A stretch of 40,151 nucleotides of DNA, taken from IMG/VR virus record IMGVR_UViG_3300045988_085414; one strand, given 5' to 3'. Shown here one piece after another: positions 18,360 through 25,852 of this stretch; within the stretch, counting starts at the first letter, position 1, and every line of letters begins with the position of its first letter. Source of the stretch: a virus. The notes under the pieces are model-generated. The model was not told the DNA's origin. It searched no databases and saw only the letters and a list, made by a program, of their open reading frames with translations. Position numbers and translations under genes: made by a program.

Positions 18360-19404
18360 TTACGAAGATTTAAGAGGCGCAGCAGCAAACGAGGAAATTA
18401 TTTTAGACGATCAAGGTATTCCTTCGGTAATGGTAAAAGTACCGCTTGTTTATTTGGACGAGTTAGGGATCGGATCGGCACACACGCCGCACCCGGCTTT
18501 TATCATCAACGATAAAGTGGTGCCGTATATTTATGTTTCAAAATATATCAACGTGATCAAGAATAACCGCGCGTACTCTATCCCAAATCAGGATCCTGCA
18601 AACTGCATTACTTTTGATCGTGCGGTTGAGGTTTGTTATAACAAGGGTGCAGGTTGGCATCTTATGACAGCGGCAGAGTGGGGAGTATTACACAACTTAA
18701 TCACAGCACAGGGATTAGAGCCTAGAGGTAACACAAACAACGGCAGGCATCATGTAAAGACTTATGAGCATGGTGTATTAAGTCCGCAGAACCCGACAAA
18801 TGTTTACAGAACATTAACCGGAACCGGCGGCAAGGCATGGGAGGCATTGGGCGTATGCGATATTGTGGGCGACGTTCATAAATGGGTTGTAGCGCGTTTA
18901 GTCGACGGCGAAATTCAGATTGTACCGAACAATAACGCAGCAATCCACAAAACAGATTTAGGCGCAAACAGCAAGGCATGGAAAGCGATCCTGCAGGACG
19001 GTTCATTAGTTGCACCGGGAACAAACGGCACATTAAAGTTTGACTATACCGGAAACCCTGCAAATGCTACAAGTGGTTTTCATATCACAACAACCGTAGA
19101 GCATAAGCAGACAGACGACGGCGCGGGATATGGCGCGAAAGATTTCGGAACATTGACAGCAAAAAGCGGCGTAACAATCCCGGATATTTTAAAAGCATTA
19201 GCGTTATTCCCTAACACAGATAAAACCGGCAGGGGCTTTATATATTTTCGTAACAACGGCGAGCGGTTGCTTATTCGTGGCGGTTCTTATGGTCGTGGCG
19301 GTAGCGCCGGGGAGGCTCTCGGCGATTTCGACTACCCGCGTTCTCTCTCCTATGTGTCTGTGGGGCTGTTTTCCGCTTATGTGGATCCTGCGCTTTATGC
19401 GTAA
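18352..19404 (+). CDS. DGR target protein: receptor-binding tail fibre with an FGE/C-type-lectin-like fold and a C-terminal variable region
   Basis: 350 aa. The central CITFDRAVEVCYNKGAGWHLMTAAEWGVL pattern is FGE-sulfatase/CLec-like. The last 47 codons contain the VR matching the downstream TR. Confidence 0.9.
   Translation: MSNYEDLRGAAANEEIILDDQGIPSVMVKVPLVYLDELGIGSAHTPHPAFIINDKVVPYIYVSKYINVIKNNRAYSIPNQDPANCITFDRAVEVCYNKGAGWHLMTAAEWGVLHNLITAQGLEPRGNTNNGRHHVKTYEHGVLSPQNPTNVYRTLTGTGGKAWEALGVCDIVGDVHKWVVARLVDGEIQIVPNNNAAIHKTDLGANSKAWKAILQDGSLVAPGTNGTLKFDYTGNPANATSGFHITTTVEHKQTDDGAGYGAKDFGTLTAKSGVTIPDILKALALFPNTDKTGRGFIYFRNNGERLLIRGGSYGRGGSAGEALGDFDYPRSLSYVSVGLFSAYVDPALYA
19264..19378 (+). repeat. 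DGR variable repeat (VR)
   Basis: 115 nt, in frame with the target gene, aligning without gaps to 19901-20015. There are 14 mismatches, all opposite TR adenines. Confidence 0.95.
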
Positions 19405-19411
19405 TTCCTGC

Positions 19412-19435
19412 GGGTGTATGCGGCAGCATACGCCC
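19412..19435 (+). promoter_or_regulatory. Hairpin 8 nt downstream of the target stop codon; candidate DGR target-recognition element
   Basis: gggtgtatgc-ggca-gcatacgccc forms a 10-bp stem (one G-T pair) with a 4-nt loop. Confidence 0.6.
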
Positions 19436-19467
19436 TATTTCTGAAAATGACGAGGACATAAAACAAA

Positions 19468-19872
19468 ATGCAAAGAAATTTCAGAGCGACAGCAAAACCA
19501 CCCGAACCCAAAGACGATCTTTTGATTATGAAGAAAACAAGAGAAATGATCGCATACGGTCACGATTGCCTATATAACAAACAATTTCCGAGAAATCAGC
19601 GTATAGGAAACGCGATTGGTGCGCAGATTGAAAAGTCAATGTATGAAATATTAGAAGGTTTATCAGATGCAGCCAAGAAAGAACATAAGAAAACGGCATT
19701 AACGCAGGTTGATGCAAAAATCTATAATCTAAGGCAGCTTTTAATGATTGCCGTAGATCCAAAGATGAATACAAGGGGTGTTCTGATACCGCTTGACGAT
19801 CAACGCAGGTGGTGCGAGAAGTTGGAGGAAATGGGTAAAATTTTAGGTAGTTGGCTTAATAAGCTAAAATAA
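19468..19872 (+). CDS. avd: DGR accessory variability determinant (Avd), four-helix-bundle type
   Basis: 134 aa basic helical protein lying between the target gene and the TR, as in the canonical target-avd-TR-RT order. The start is uncertain; ATG 19528 is an alternative. Confidence 0.75.
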   Translation: MQRNFRATAKPPEPKDDLLIMKKTREMIAYGHDCLYNKQFPRNQRIGNAIGAQIEKSMYEILEGLSDAAKKEHKKTALTQVDAKIYNLRQLLMIAVDPKMNTRGVLIPLDDQRRWCEKLEEMGKILGSWLNKLK

Positions 19873-19900
19873 TAAATCAACTATGGGTAGTATGCCGTAA

Positions 19901-20015
19901 CGGTTGCTTATTCGTGGCGGTAATTATGGTAATGGCGGTAACGCCGGGGAGGCTAACGGCAATTTCAACAACCCGCGTTCTATCTCCAATGTGAATGTGG
20001 GGCTGTTTTCCGCTT
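19901..20015 (+). repeat. DGR template repeat (TR), non-coding, presumably transcribed with the 167-nt spacer up to the RT gene
   Basis: 115 nt with 22 adenines. In the VR-equivalent frame it contains 9 AAY codons. It sits in the avd-RT intergenic region. Confidence 0.95.
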
Positions 20016-20182
20016 TTCTCAATTAGTCAGCATACGCCGCAACACGCGGGCGGCGTACCGTACAGAGAGAAGAAAAGGGGCATATTACCCTGCTTATAGC
20101 AATATGAGCAAAACAAAAATTTCCATGAATACGGTTAGTAACGCAAGCGAAGGGCGTAACGCATGGAGAAATTAAGGTCATA

Positions 20183-21289
20183 ATGAAAAAATTTAACGTA
20201 ACATATGAACAGATCGCAAGTTATAGTAACATCTATGCCGCCTATTTAGATGCACGAAAAGGGAAAAGCGAGCGCAACGAAATAATGCGGTTTTCTTTAG
20301 AACTTGACGCGCATTTAAACGATTTATACAACGACCTGCAGGAGGAGCGTTACAAAGTAAGCGGGTACAGAATTATTTATGTACCAAAGAAACGGCTTAT
20401 TATGGCGTTACAATTTAGGGATCGTGTTTTACAATGGGCGGTTTATAGGCTACTCAATCCGCTATATGAGAAAACCTATATAAAAGATAGTTATGCTTGC
20501 ATCAAAGAAAGAGGCAGAGAAAAAGCAGCCTCCCGGCTGCAATATTGGTTAAGGCAGACAGAAAGAAAGCCAAAACAATATTATTACTTGAAACTTGACA
20601 TTTCAAAATTCTTTTACCGGGTAGATCACGAGGTTTTATTAAACATTTTGAAACGGCGCATAAAAGACAAGCGTTTAATAAAATTGTTTGATAAAATCAT
20701 CAATTCAGAGAAAAGAGCCTTCGGGTTGCCGTTAGGTGTAGATCCTTGCGAGATAGATCCGCGCGAAATGCTTTTCGATAAAGGTATGCCGATCGGTAAT
20801 TTAACAAGTCAGATGTTTGCAAATATCTATATGAATGAGTTAGATCAGTACCTAAAGCATGAATTACATTTAAAATATGTGATACGGTACGCAGACGATT
20901 GTATTATTTTACACGACAGCAAAGAGGAACTATGGCAGGTATTGGAGAAAGTTGAAACTTTCCTGCTTAAAAATCTGAAATTAAACCTAAATAACAAAAC
21001 CGTCATAAGACCAACAACCTGCAATATTGATTTTGTGGGTTATATAATAAACAAAGATGAAATAAGGTTAAGATCCGCAACAGTAAAAAGAATGAGATCC
21101 CGCATAAAGTACATTGTAAAAGCATACGAGCGCGGCGAAATGACCTTGCAGGAAGTCAACGCAACCATGCAAAGCTATTTCGGTTTAATAAAACATTGCA
21201 CAAATGAGGGATTAAGAGAAAACATTATCAACGGTTTTGTGCTGCATTGCACAGATGCAGCGCGAGCCAAAGCAAGAGAAAGCCGATAA
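20183..21289 (+). CDS. DGR reverse transcriptase
   Basis: 368 aa. Carries the DGR-typical motif PIGNLTSQMFANIYMNELD and the catalytic YADD (VIRYADDCIIL). Immediately downstream of the TR. Confidence 0.92.
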   Translation: MKKFNVTYEQIASYSNIYAAYLDARKGKSERNEIMRFSLELDAHLNDLYNDLQEERYKVSGYRIIYVPKKRLIMALQFRDRVLQWAVYRLLNPLYEKTYIKDSYACIKERGREKAASRLQYWLRQTERKPKQYYYLKLDISKFFYRVDHEVLLNILKRRIKDKRLIKLFDKIINSEKRAFGLPLGVDPCEIDPREMLFDKGMPIGNLTSQMFANIYMNELDQYLKHELHLKYVIRYADDCIILHDSKEELWQVLEKVETFLLKNLKLNLNNKTVIRPTTCNIDFVGYIINKDEIRLRSATVKRMRSRIKYIVKAYERGEMTLQEVNATMQSYFGLIKHCTNEGLRENIINGFVLHCTDAARAKARESR

Positions 21290-21324
21290 GGCTTTATTTT
21301 TTTGCACAAAAAAGGAGGCACACG

Positions 21325-21897
21325 ATGAAAGAAATTTTTATTGCTGCAAAGGCAGCAGCAACACAGACACCAAGCGCGGCGGGGTTGAGCGTATCAGCAA
21401 TTTTTACAGCGATCGCAGCGGTATTTGGAAAAATCCCGGTTATTTTAATTTTGTTCATGGCAGCGGTAGCACTTGACTATTTAACCGGGTGGATTAAAGC
21501 AAAGTATTTTTTAAAAGATTGGAACTCAAAAACCGGATTGCAGGGAATTATTAAAAAGTTAATGTATTTCGTTATGATTGGAACCGCCTTTTTAATCGGG
21601 TGGGGGATCCGCGAAATGGGCGGTAACATCGGCATTAACTTAGATTTTGCAATGCTGATCGGTTGGTACGTTACCGCCGTAATGCTAATAAACGAATTTA
21701 CGAGCATTTTAGAAAACCTTTATGTAATTATGCCGGAGAAGGTACCGGTATGGCTGATTAAGACATTAAAGGTTGCAGACAAACAGTTAGGCGACAAGAT
21801 TAACGATCTTGTATGCAAAAATCAGAATTGCGACACCTGCGAATTAAGCGCGCGTTGCAATCTGAAAAAATACACACCAAACAAGGAGGAAAAATAA
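21325..21897 (+). CDS. Holin (TcdE/holin family 4-like) with a Cys-rich C-terminal tail
   Basis: Start chosen at ATG 21325, behind aaggagg. Contains the holin-4 pattern LDYLTGWIKA...SKTGLQGIIKK...EFTSILEN and several TM segments. Confidence 0.8.
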   Translation: MKEIFIAAKAAATQTPSAAGLSVSAIFTAIAAVFGKIPVILILFMAAVALDYLTGWIKAKYFLKDWNSKTGLQGIIKKLMYFVMIGTAFLIGWGIREMGGNIGINLDFAMLIGWYVTAVMLINEFTSILENLYVIMPEKVPVWLIKTLKVADKQLGDKINDLVCKNQNCDTCELSARCNLKKYTPNKEEK

Positions 21898-21899
21898 CC

Positions 21900-22829
21900 A
21901 TGACAACAGAACAGAAAACATTTATTGAGAACATTGCAGCGGCAGCAAGAAAGCACGCCGCAAATTATGGCATCGCTGTAATTAGTCCAATCATTGCGCA
22001 GGCGATTAACGAAAGCGGGTGGGGAAAGTCAACACTTGCAGCAAAGTACCATAATTATTTCGGTATGAAGTGCGGCAGCGCATGGAAGGGAAAATCTGTA
22101 AATATGTCAACGTGCGAGGAATACGAGGTAGGCGTATTAACGCAGATTAAAGACAATTTCAGAGTTTACGACAGCTTAGAGGAAGGCGTAAAGGGCTATT
22201 TTGATTTTATCAGCGCGAGCCGTTACGCGAATTTAAAAGGTGTTACAGATCCAAAAACATATATTGAGAACATCAAAGCAGACGGTTACGCAACAAGTTC
22301 ACAGTATGTTAAAAACCTGCTTAATTTGGTAAGCGCGTACAATTTAACGCAGTATGATAACATCACAGCACAGCAGGGCAAAAAGAGCGTTGCAGAAATC
22401 GCGCAGGAAGTGATCGCCGGAGCGTGGGGCAATGGCACAGAAAGAAAAGAGAAGTTAGAGGCAGCAGGCTACAATTACGCCGAAGTGCAGGCAATCGTAA
22501 ACGAGCGCGCAGGAAATAAGACAGAAAACAAGGCAGACAACAAAAAGAGTATTGCGGAAATTGCGCAGGAAATTGTAGCCGGTAAGTGGGGTAACGGATC
22601 AGAGAGAAAGCAGCGTTTAGAGGCTGAAGGTTACAACTATGCCGAAGTGCAGGCAGCGGTAAATAATATTATGGGAAAATCGGAGCCAAGCAAAAAGAAT
22701 GTTGCAGAAATCGCAAAAGAGGTAATTTCCGGTAAATGGGGAAATGGATCAGAAAGAAAGCAGCGCTTAGAGGCAGCAGGCTATAATTATGCCGAAGTGC
22801 AGGCAAAGGTCAACGAAATGTTGAGATAA
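21900..22829 (+). CDS. Endolysin: GH73 N-acetylglucosaminidase domain plus three CW_7 cell-wall-binding repeats
   Basis: Start chosen at ATG 21900, behind aaggagga. Catalytic-domain pattern AQAINESGWGKS...YHNYFGMK. Three copies of EIAQEVIxGxWGNGxERKxxLEAAGYNYAEVQA. Confidence 0.9.
   Translation: MTTEQKTFIENIAAAARKHAANYGIAVISPIIAQAINESGWGKSTLAAKYHNYFGMKCGSAWKGKSVNMSTCEEYEVGVLTQIKDNFRVYDSLEEGVKGYFDFISASRYANLKGVTDPKTYIENIKADGYATSSQYVKNLLNLVSAYNLTQYDNITAQQGKKSVAEIAQEVIAGAWGNGTERKEKLEAAGYNYAEVQAIVNERAGNKTENKADNKKSIAEIAQEIVAGKWGNGSERKQRLEAEGYNYAEVQAAVNNIMGKSEPSKKNVAEIAKEVISGKWGNGSERKQRLEAAGYNYAEVQAKVNEMLR
22380..22829 (+). repeat. Three tandem coding repeats (CW_7 modules), starting near 22380, 22542 and 22692
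   Basis: The DNA-level repeat aaaaagaRNRttgcRgaaatYgc... recurs with periods of 162 and 150 nt. Confidence 0.85.
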
Positions 22830-22839
22830 GGAGGTAAAC

Positions 22840-23109
22840 ATGGCAGGGAACAACACCGCAGAGGCGCAGGAACCGATTAAAAAAGCAAAGGCGTATAAAG
22901 TTACCTCTAAAGCATTTACAAAGCGCAGAGAGGCAGCAGGAGAGGTAGCAGAGGCAAAAACAAAGGGTATTATGCCGGTACTCATTATTGAAGGAAACGT
23001 GTATAAAGCGTTTTATGAAACAGAACCAACAAAGGCAGCCGCGGAAAAGCTGTTAAAAGCTGTTAAAGATGCGGGATTAAGCGCAGAGATTAAAGAGTTG
23101 GAACAGTAA
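22840..23109 (+). CDS. Small protein with a SPOR-like pattern, possibly a lysis accessory
   Basis: 89 aa. The YKVTSKAF...A...GIMPVLIIEGNVYKAFYE...AA..LLKAVKDAGLSAEI pattern resembles a SPOR repeat. Follows the endolysin. Confidence 0.4.
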   Translation: MAGNNTAEAQEPIKKAKAYKVTSKAFTKRREAAGEVAEAKTKGIMPVLIIEGNVYKAFYETEPTKAAAEKLLKAVKDAGLSAEIKELEQ

Positions 23110-23127
23110 AAATATAAATGTAATTTT

Positions 23128-23160
23128 GGGGCGTGGCGAAAGTCACGCCCCTTTATTTTT
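23128..23160 (+). terminator. Strong rho-independent terminator ending the structural/lysis operon
   Basis: ggggcgtggc-gaaa-gtcacgcccc (10-bp stem, GNRA loop) followed by tttattttt. Confidence 0.9.
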
Positions 23161-23174
23161 GTGCCTAAAAATAA

Positions 23175-23228
23175 ATTTTAAAATATTGCGTAATATGTAT
23201 TGACATATTGCGCAATATGTAATATAAT
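23175..23228 (+). promoter_or_regulatory. Consensus promoter P-A (TTGACA-17-TATAAT) with two 14-bp palindromic operators
   Basis: -35 at 23200-23205 and -10 at 23223-23228. Operators are atattgcgtaatat (23183-23196) and the perfect palindrome atattgcgcaatat (23205-23218). The 45-nt core is identical to 23851-23895. Confidence 0.8.
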
Positions 23229-23257
23229 TAAATCATCAAAGGAACGGAGGAACAAAA

Positions 23258-23419
23258 ATGGTAGAAATTAAAGGTTTTAATGAGGCATACAACAATATGT
23301 TGGCGATAGAGGCAATGAAGAAAATAAAAAAGCAGACAATAAAGAGAAGAATAAAAGAATTGATAGAGCAGGGAGTAGAAAAAGACATTGCTAAAGTAAT
23401 GGCAGAATGTGGATTATAA
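23258..23419 (+). CDS. Small hypothetical protein (53 aa)
   Basis: ATG 23258 behind ggaacggagg, translating to MVEIKGFNEAYNNMLAIEAMKKIKKQTIKRRIKELIEQGVEKDIAKVMAECGL. Below the track cutoff; first gene after P-A. Confidence 0.55.
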   Translation: MVEIKGFNEAYNNMLAIEAMKKIKKQTIKRRIKELIEQGVEKDIAKVMAECGL

Positions 23420-23549
23420 CAACAGCCGCCCGGTTGTCGGGGCGTAAAGTTCGGCAACAGCGACCGGCACCGGCTGAATAATGCCGGGGCAACGCCAACG
23501 AGCAGCGAAACAATATTTCAATCATAGAAAGGTTAAAACGGTGGATAAT

Positions 23550-23849
23550 ATGAGAACATACGCAGAATTAGTAAAAGAGGCAATCAGAGAGGCACACGAA
23601 AAGTCAGAAAATGAATATAAAAAATTTGAGGTTGGCAGGACGTATGCGACAAGATCCGTTTGCAATAGTGAATGTATATTTAAAATAACAATCATAAAGC
23701 GCACAGAGAAAACCGTAACAATAGATAAAGGAAACGGAAAAACCAAACGTTGTAAAATATATACAGATATGCGCAACGCGGAGGCGATTTATCCATACGG
23801 TATTTATAGCATGTGTCCCATAATTGACGCATCGGAAAAAATAGCATAA
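23550..23849 (+). CDS. Hypothetical protein (99 aa)
   Basis: In-frame ATG 23550 within track ORF 23481-23849. The upstream 23 codons look non-coding. Confidence 0.5.
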   Translation: MRTYAELVKEAIREAHEKSENEYKKFEVGRTYATRSVCNSECIFKITIIKRTEKTVTIDKGNGKTKRCKIYTDMRNAEAIYPYGIYSMCPIIDASEKIA

Positions 23850-23850
23850 A

Positions 23851-23904
23851 ATTTTAAAATATTGCGTAATATGTATTGACATATTGCGCAATATGCTATA
23901 TAAT
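23851..23904 (+). promoter_or_regulatory. Consensus promoter P-B, a duplicate of P-A with the same two operators
   Basis: -35 at 23876-23881 and -10 at 23899-23904, 17-nt spacer. Operators at 23859-23872 and 23881-23894. Offset is exactly 676 nt from P-A. Confidence 0.8.
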
Positions 23905-23944
23905 ATAATTGTAGCAAGGGAACAGCAGGAAGGAGCAATAAGAA

Positions 23945-24088
23945 ATGGATAACGAAGAAATGAATTTAGCAGAACTTTTAAAACAGACGGCAGAGGAAAA
24001 CCAAACAAGAAAGATTTTAGCAATCTTAGAAGAAAGCGAGAGTTTAGAAGATGCAAAAGAAAAAGTAAAAGCCCTACTTAATAAGTAG
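23945..24088 (+). CDS. Small acidic hypothetical protein (47 aa)
   Basis: ATG 23945 behind aggagc, translating to MDNEEMNLAELLKQTAEENQTRKILAILEESESLEDAKEKVKALLNK. The stop lies inside the perfect hairpin gccctactt-aat-aagtagggc. Confidence 0.45.
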   Translation: MDNEEMNLAELLKQTAEENQTRKILAILEESESLEDAKEKVKALLNK

Positions 24089-24208
24089 GGCGAAGATACA
24101 AAGGGTTAGCACGAGGGGGCAGAAAACCGAAACAATTCCTGCCACCTGCCCCCAAGTGTTTTTATTATCATAGCAGGAAGATAGAAGAATTTCAAGAGGT
24201 AAAAAACG

Positions 24209-24391
24209 ATGAAAGGAAAAAGCGGAGAATTTAACCAAATATCCTACCAAAACGAGTATATAAAAGAAAAGTACGATAGAATAAATTTAACGGTACCCAA
24301 AGGCAGGAAAGAGGAAATAAAAAAGAAAGCGGCAGCAGCAGGGCAAAGTGTGAATGAATATATAAATGCGCTTATTGATAACGACAAATGA
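24209..24391 (+). CDS. Ribbon-helix-helix (Arc/CopG-like) DNA-binding protein
   Basis: 60 aa. The DRINLTVPKGRKEEIKKKAAAAGQSVNEYINALI segment matches the RHH beta-alpha-alpha pattern. Confidence 0.65.
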   Translation: MKGKSGEFNQISYQNEYIKEKYDRINLTVPKGRKEEIKKKAAAAGQSVNEYINALIDNDK

Positions 24392-24462
24392 AACAAGACA
24401 GCTTTTAAGGGCGGCAGGTAGATTATACCCGCCGCCCTTCGCCGCGCATTAAGGAGGCACGC

Positions 24463-25497
24463 ATGAGAAGTTTTAAACATATATCATTTAACGATAGATT
24501 AAAAATAGAAGTATTGAGGAAAGCCGGGCATACACCTAAAGAAATCGCGGAAATACTGCATTTTCATATAAGCACAATATACAGAGAGTTAAAACGCGGA
24601 CAATTCGAGGCGTTAAACTCTGATTTGACAACAGAAATAAGATATAGCCCGGATATTGCGCAGGAATACATGAACGGTGTTTTATCGGCAAAAGGCGCAG
24701 ATTTAAAAATAGGAAACGAAAAAGAATTTGCGGATCGCATCGAAGAAATAATAATAAATGAAGGGTACAGCCCGGCGGCTGCATTGGCAAAAGTAAAAGA
24801 GGAAGGAATAGATTTTACAGTATGCGTAACAACTTTATATAGTTATATAGATAAGGGCATATTTTACAACTTGACATTAAAAAACCTGCCGGAAAAGCGC
24901 AAGGGGGAAAAGAAACATAAAAGAAAAACGACACAAAAGAGGGCAACCAAAGGGGAAAGCATCGAAAATAGACCGGAAGAAATAGACACAAGGGAAACCT
25001 TCGGACATTGGGAAATGGATACCGTAGTAGGCGCGCGGGGAGTGTCTAAAAAATCTTTATTGGTTTTAACAGAAAGAAAAACACGCAAAGAGATTATTTT
25101 TTTACTTAAAGAGCATACGGCGGCAGCAGTCGTAAAGGCATTAGACAGATTAGAGAGGAAAACAGGGGCAGCGTTCAGAAAGATTTTTAAAACAATAACG
25201 GTAGATAATGGATCAGAGTTTGCAGATTGGCAAGGAATGGAAAGATCAAAGAGAAACAAAAAGAATAGAACAAAGGTTTATTACTGCCACCCATATAGCA
25301 GTTGGGAACGTGGCAGCAACGAGAACCAAAACAAATTAGTACGCCGCCACATTCCAAAAGGTGTAAATTTTGACGATAAAACACAGGGCGATATAGATAA
25401 TATAGCGGAGTGGATCAATAATTACCCGCGCCGCTTATTCGAGTATCAATCGGCAGAAAAATTATATAATGATGAATTAAAGAAAATTGCAGCTTAA
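24463..25497 (+). mobile_element. IS30-family DDE transposase gene, apparently intact; element ends not resolved
   Basis: 344 aa. N-terminal HTH (PKEIAEILHFHISTIYRELKRG) plus DDE-region hallmarks HWEMDTV, ITVDNGSEF and SWERGSNENQNKLVRRHIPKG. Confidence 0.85.
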
Positions 25498-25686
25498 AAG
25501 AACATCTAAGAAGGCGGCGGTATTCGTGCGCCCATTTTTAAATACACATAACAGCATATCAAGAGCCGGATCCGACACCAACACCCATTAAAAACATATA
25601 ATTATACAATATGCACAAATAAAGTTGCTTTGATATGTGCATATTGCTAAATGTGAAAAAACATGAAAAAACTTTCGCATTAAATG

Positions 25687-25715
25687 TTGACATTTTCATT
25701 GCTAGGTTTTAAAAT
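25687..25715 (+). promoter_or_regulatory. Candidate promoter (TTGACA-17-TAAAAT)
   Basis: -35 at 25687-25692 and -10 at 25710-25715, directly upstream of two terminator-like hairpins. Confidence 0.5.
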
Positions 25716-25717
25716 TA

Positions 25718-25825
25718 AATGCGAAAAGAGTTAATAAAACTCTATCGCATTTATTTTTTTACCTACAAGAAAGTATAGAAAAAATGCGGTTAGAGCGTAA
25801 AAACTCTAACCGCATTTTTATTTTA
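25718..25825 (+). ncRNA. Two tandem terminator-like hairpins: candidate small RNA or attenuator leader
   Basis: Hairpin 1 at 25718-25753 (aaatgcga..gagtt / aactc..tcgcattt). Hairpin 2 at 25781-25818 is a perfect 15-bp stem (aaaatgcggttagag / ctctaaccgcatttt). Each is followed by a T run and then ACC. Confidence 0.4.
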
Positions 25826-25852
25826 CCCATAAACGAGAAGGAGGCGTTGAAA

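Noticed and set aside
20183-21289. RT as a retron, group II intron or Abi-type defence RT
   Set aside because: The RT is preceded by a TR whose only differences from a nearby in-gene repeat are at adenines. It is accompanied by an Avd-like gene and carries the IGNLTSQ motif typical of DGR RTs. No maturase/endonuclease domains, intron RNA domains or msr/msd-like inverted repeats were seen.
21247-21899. Upstream starts of track ORFs 21247-21897 and 21813-22829, and ORF 21237-21476
   Set aside because: The extensions overlap the RT and holin coding regions and lack an RBS. Internal ATGs at 21325 and 21900 have strong AGGAGG sites and give proteins that begin where the holin and GH73 similarity begins.
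23236-24056. Minus-strand ORFs 23236-23457 and 23604-24056 in the accessory island
   Set aside because: They run through the plus-strand consensus promoters and small genes. Their translations are F/L/I/C-rich with no recognisable features, and no promoter or RBS is visible on the minus strand.
24403-25541. Terminal inverted repeats for the IS30-like element (around 24403-24441 and 25509-25541)
   Set aside because: The best hand alignments reach only about two-thirds identity and need indels, which is not enough to define ends. Boundaries are left unresolved rather than annotated.
25784-25852. ATG 25784 as the start of the 88-aa ORF
   Set aside because: The first 23 codons lie inside the perfect 15-bp terminator-like hairpin and its T run. 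GTG 25853 has an ideally spaced gaaggagg, and the IS30-HTH similarity starts there.
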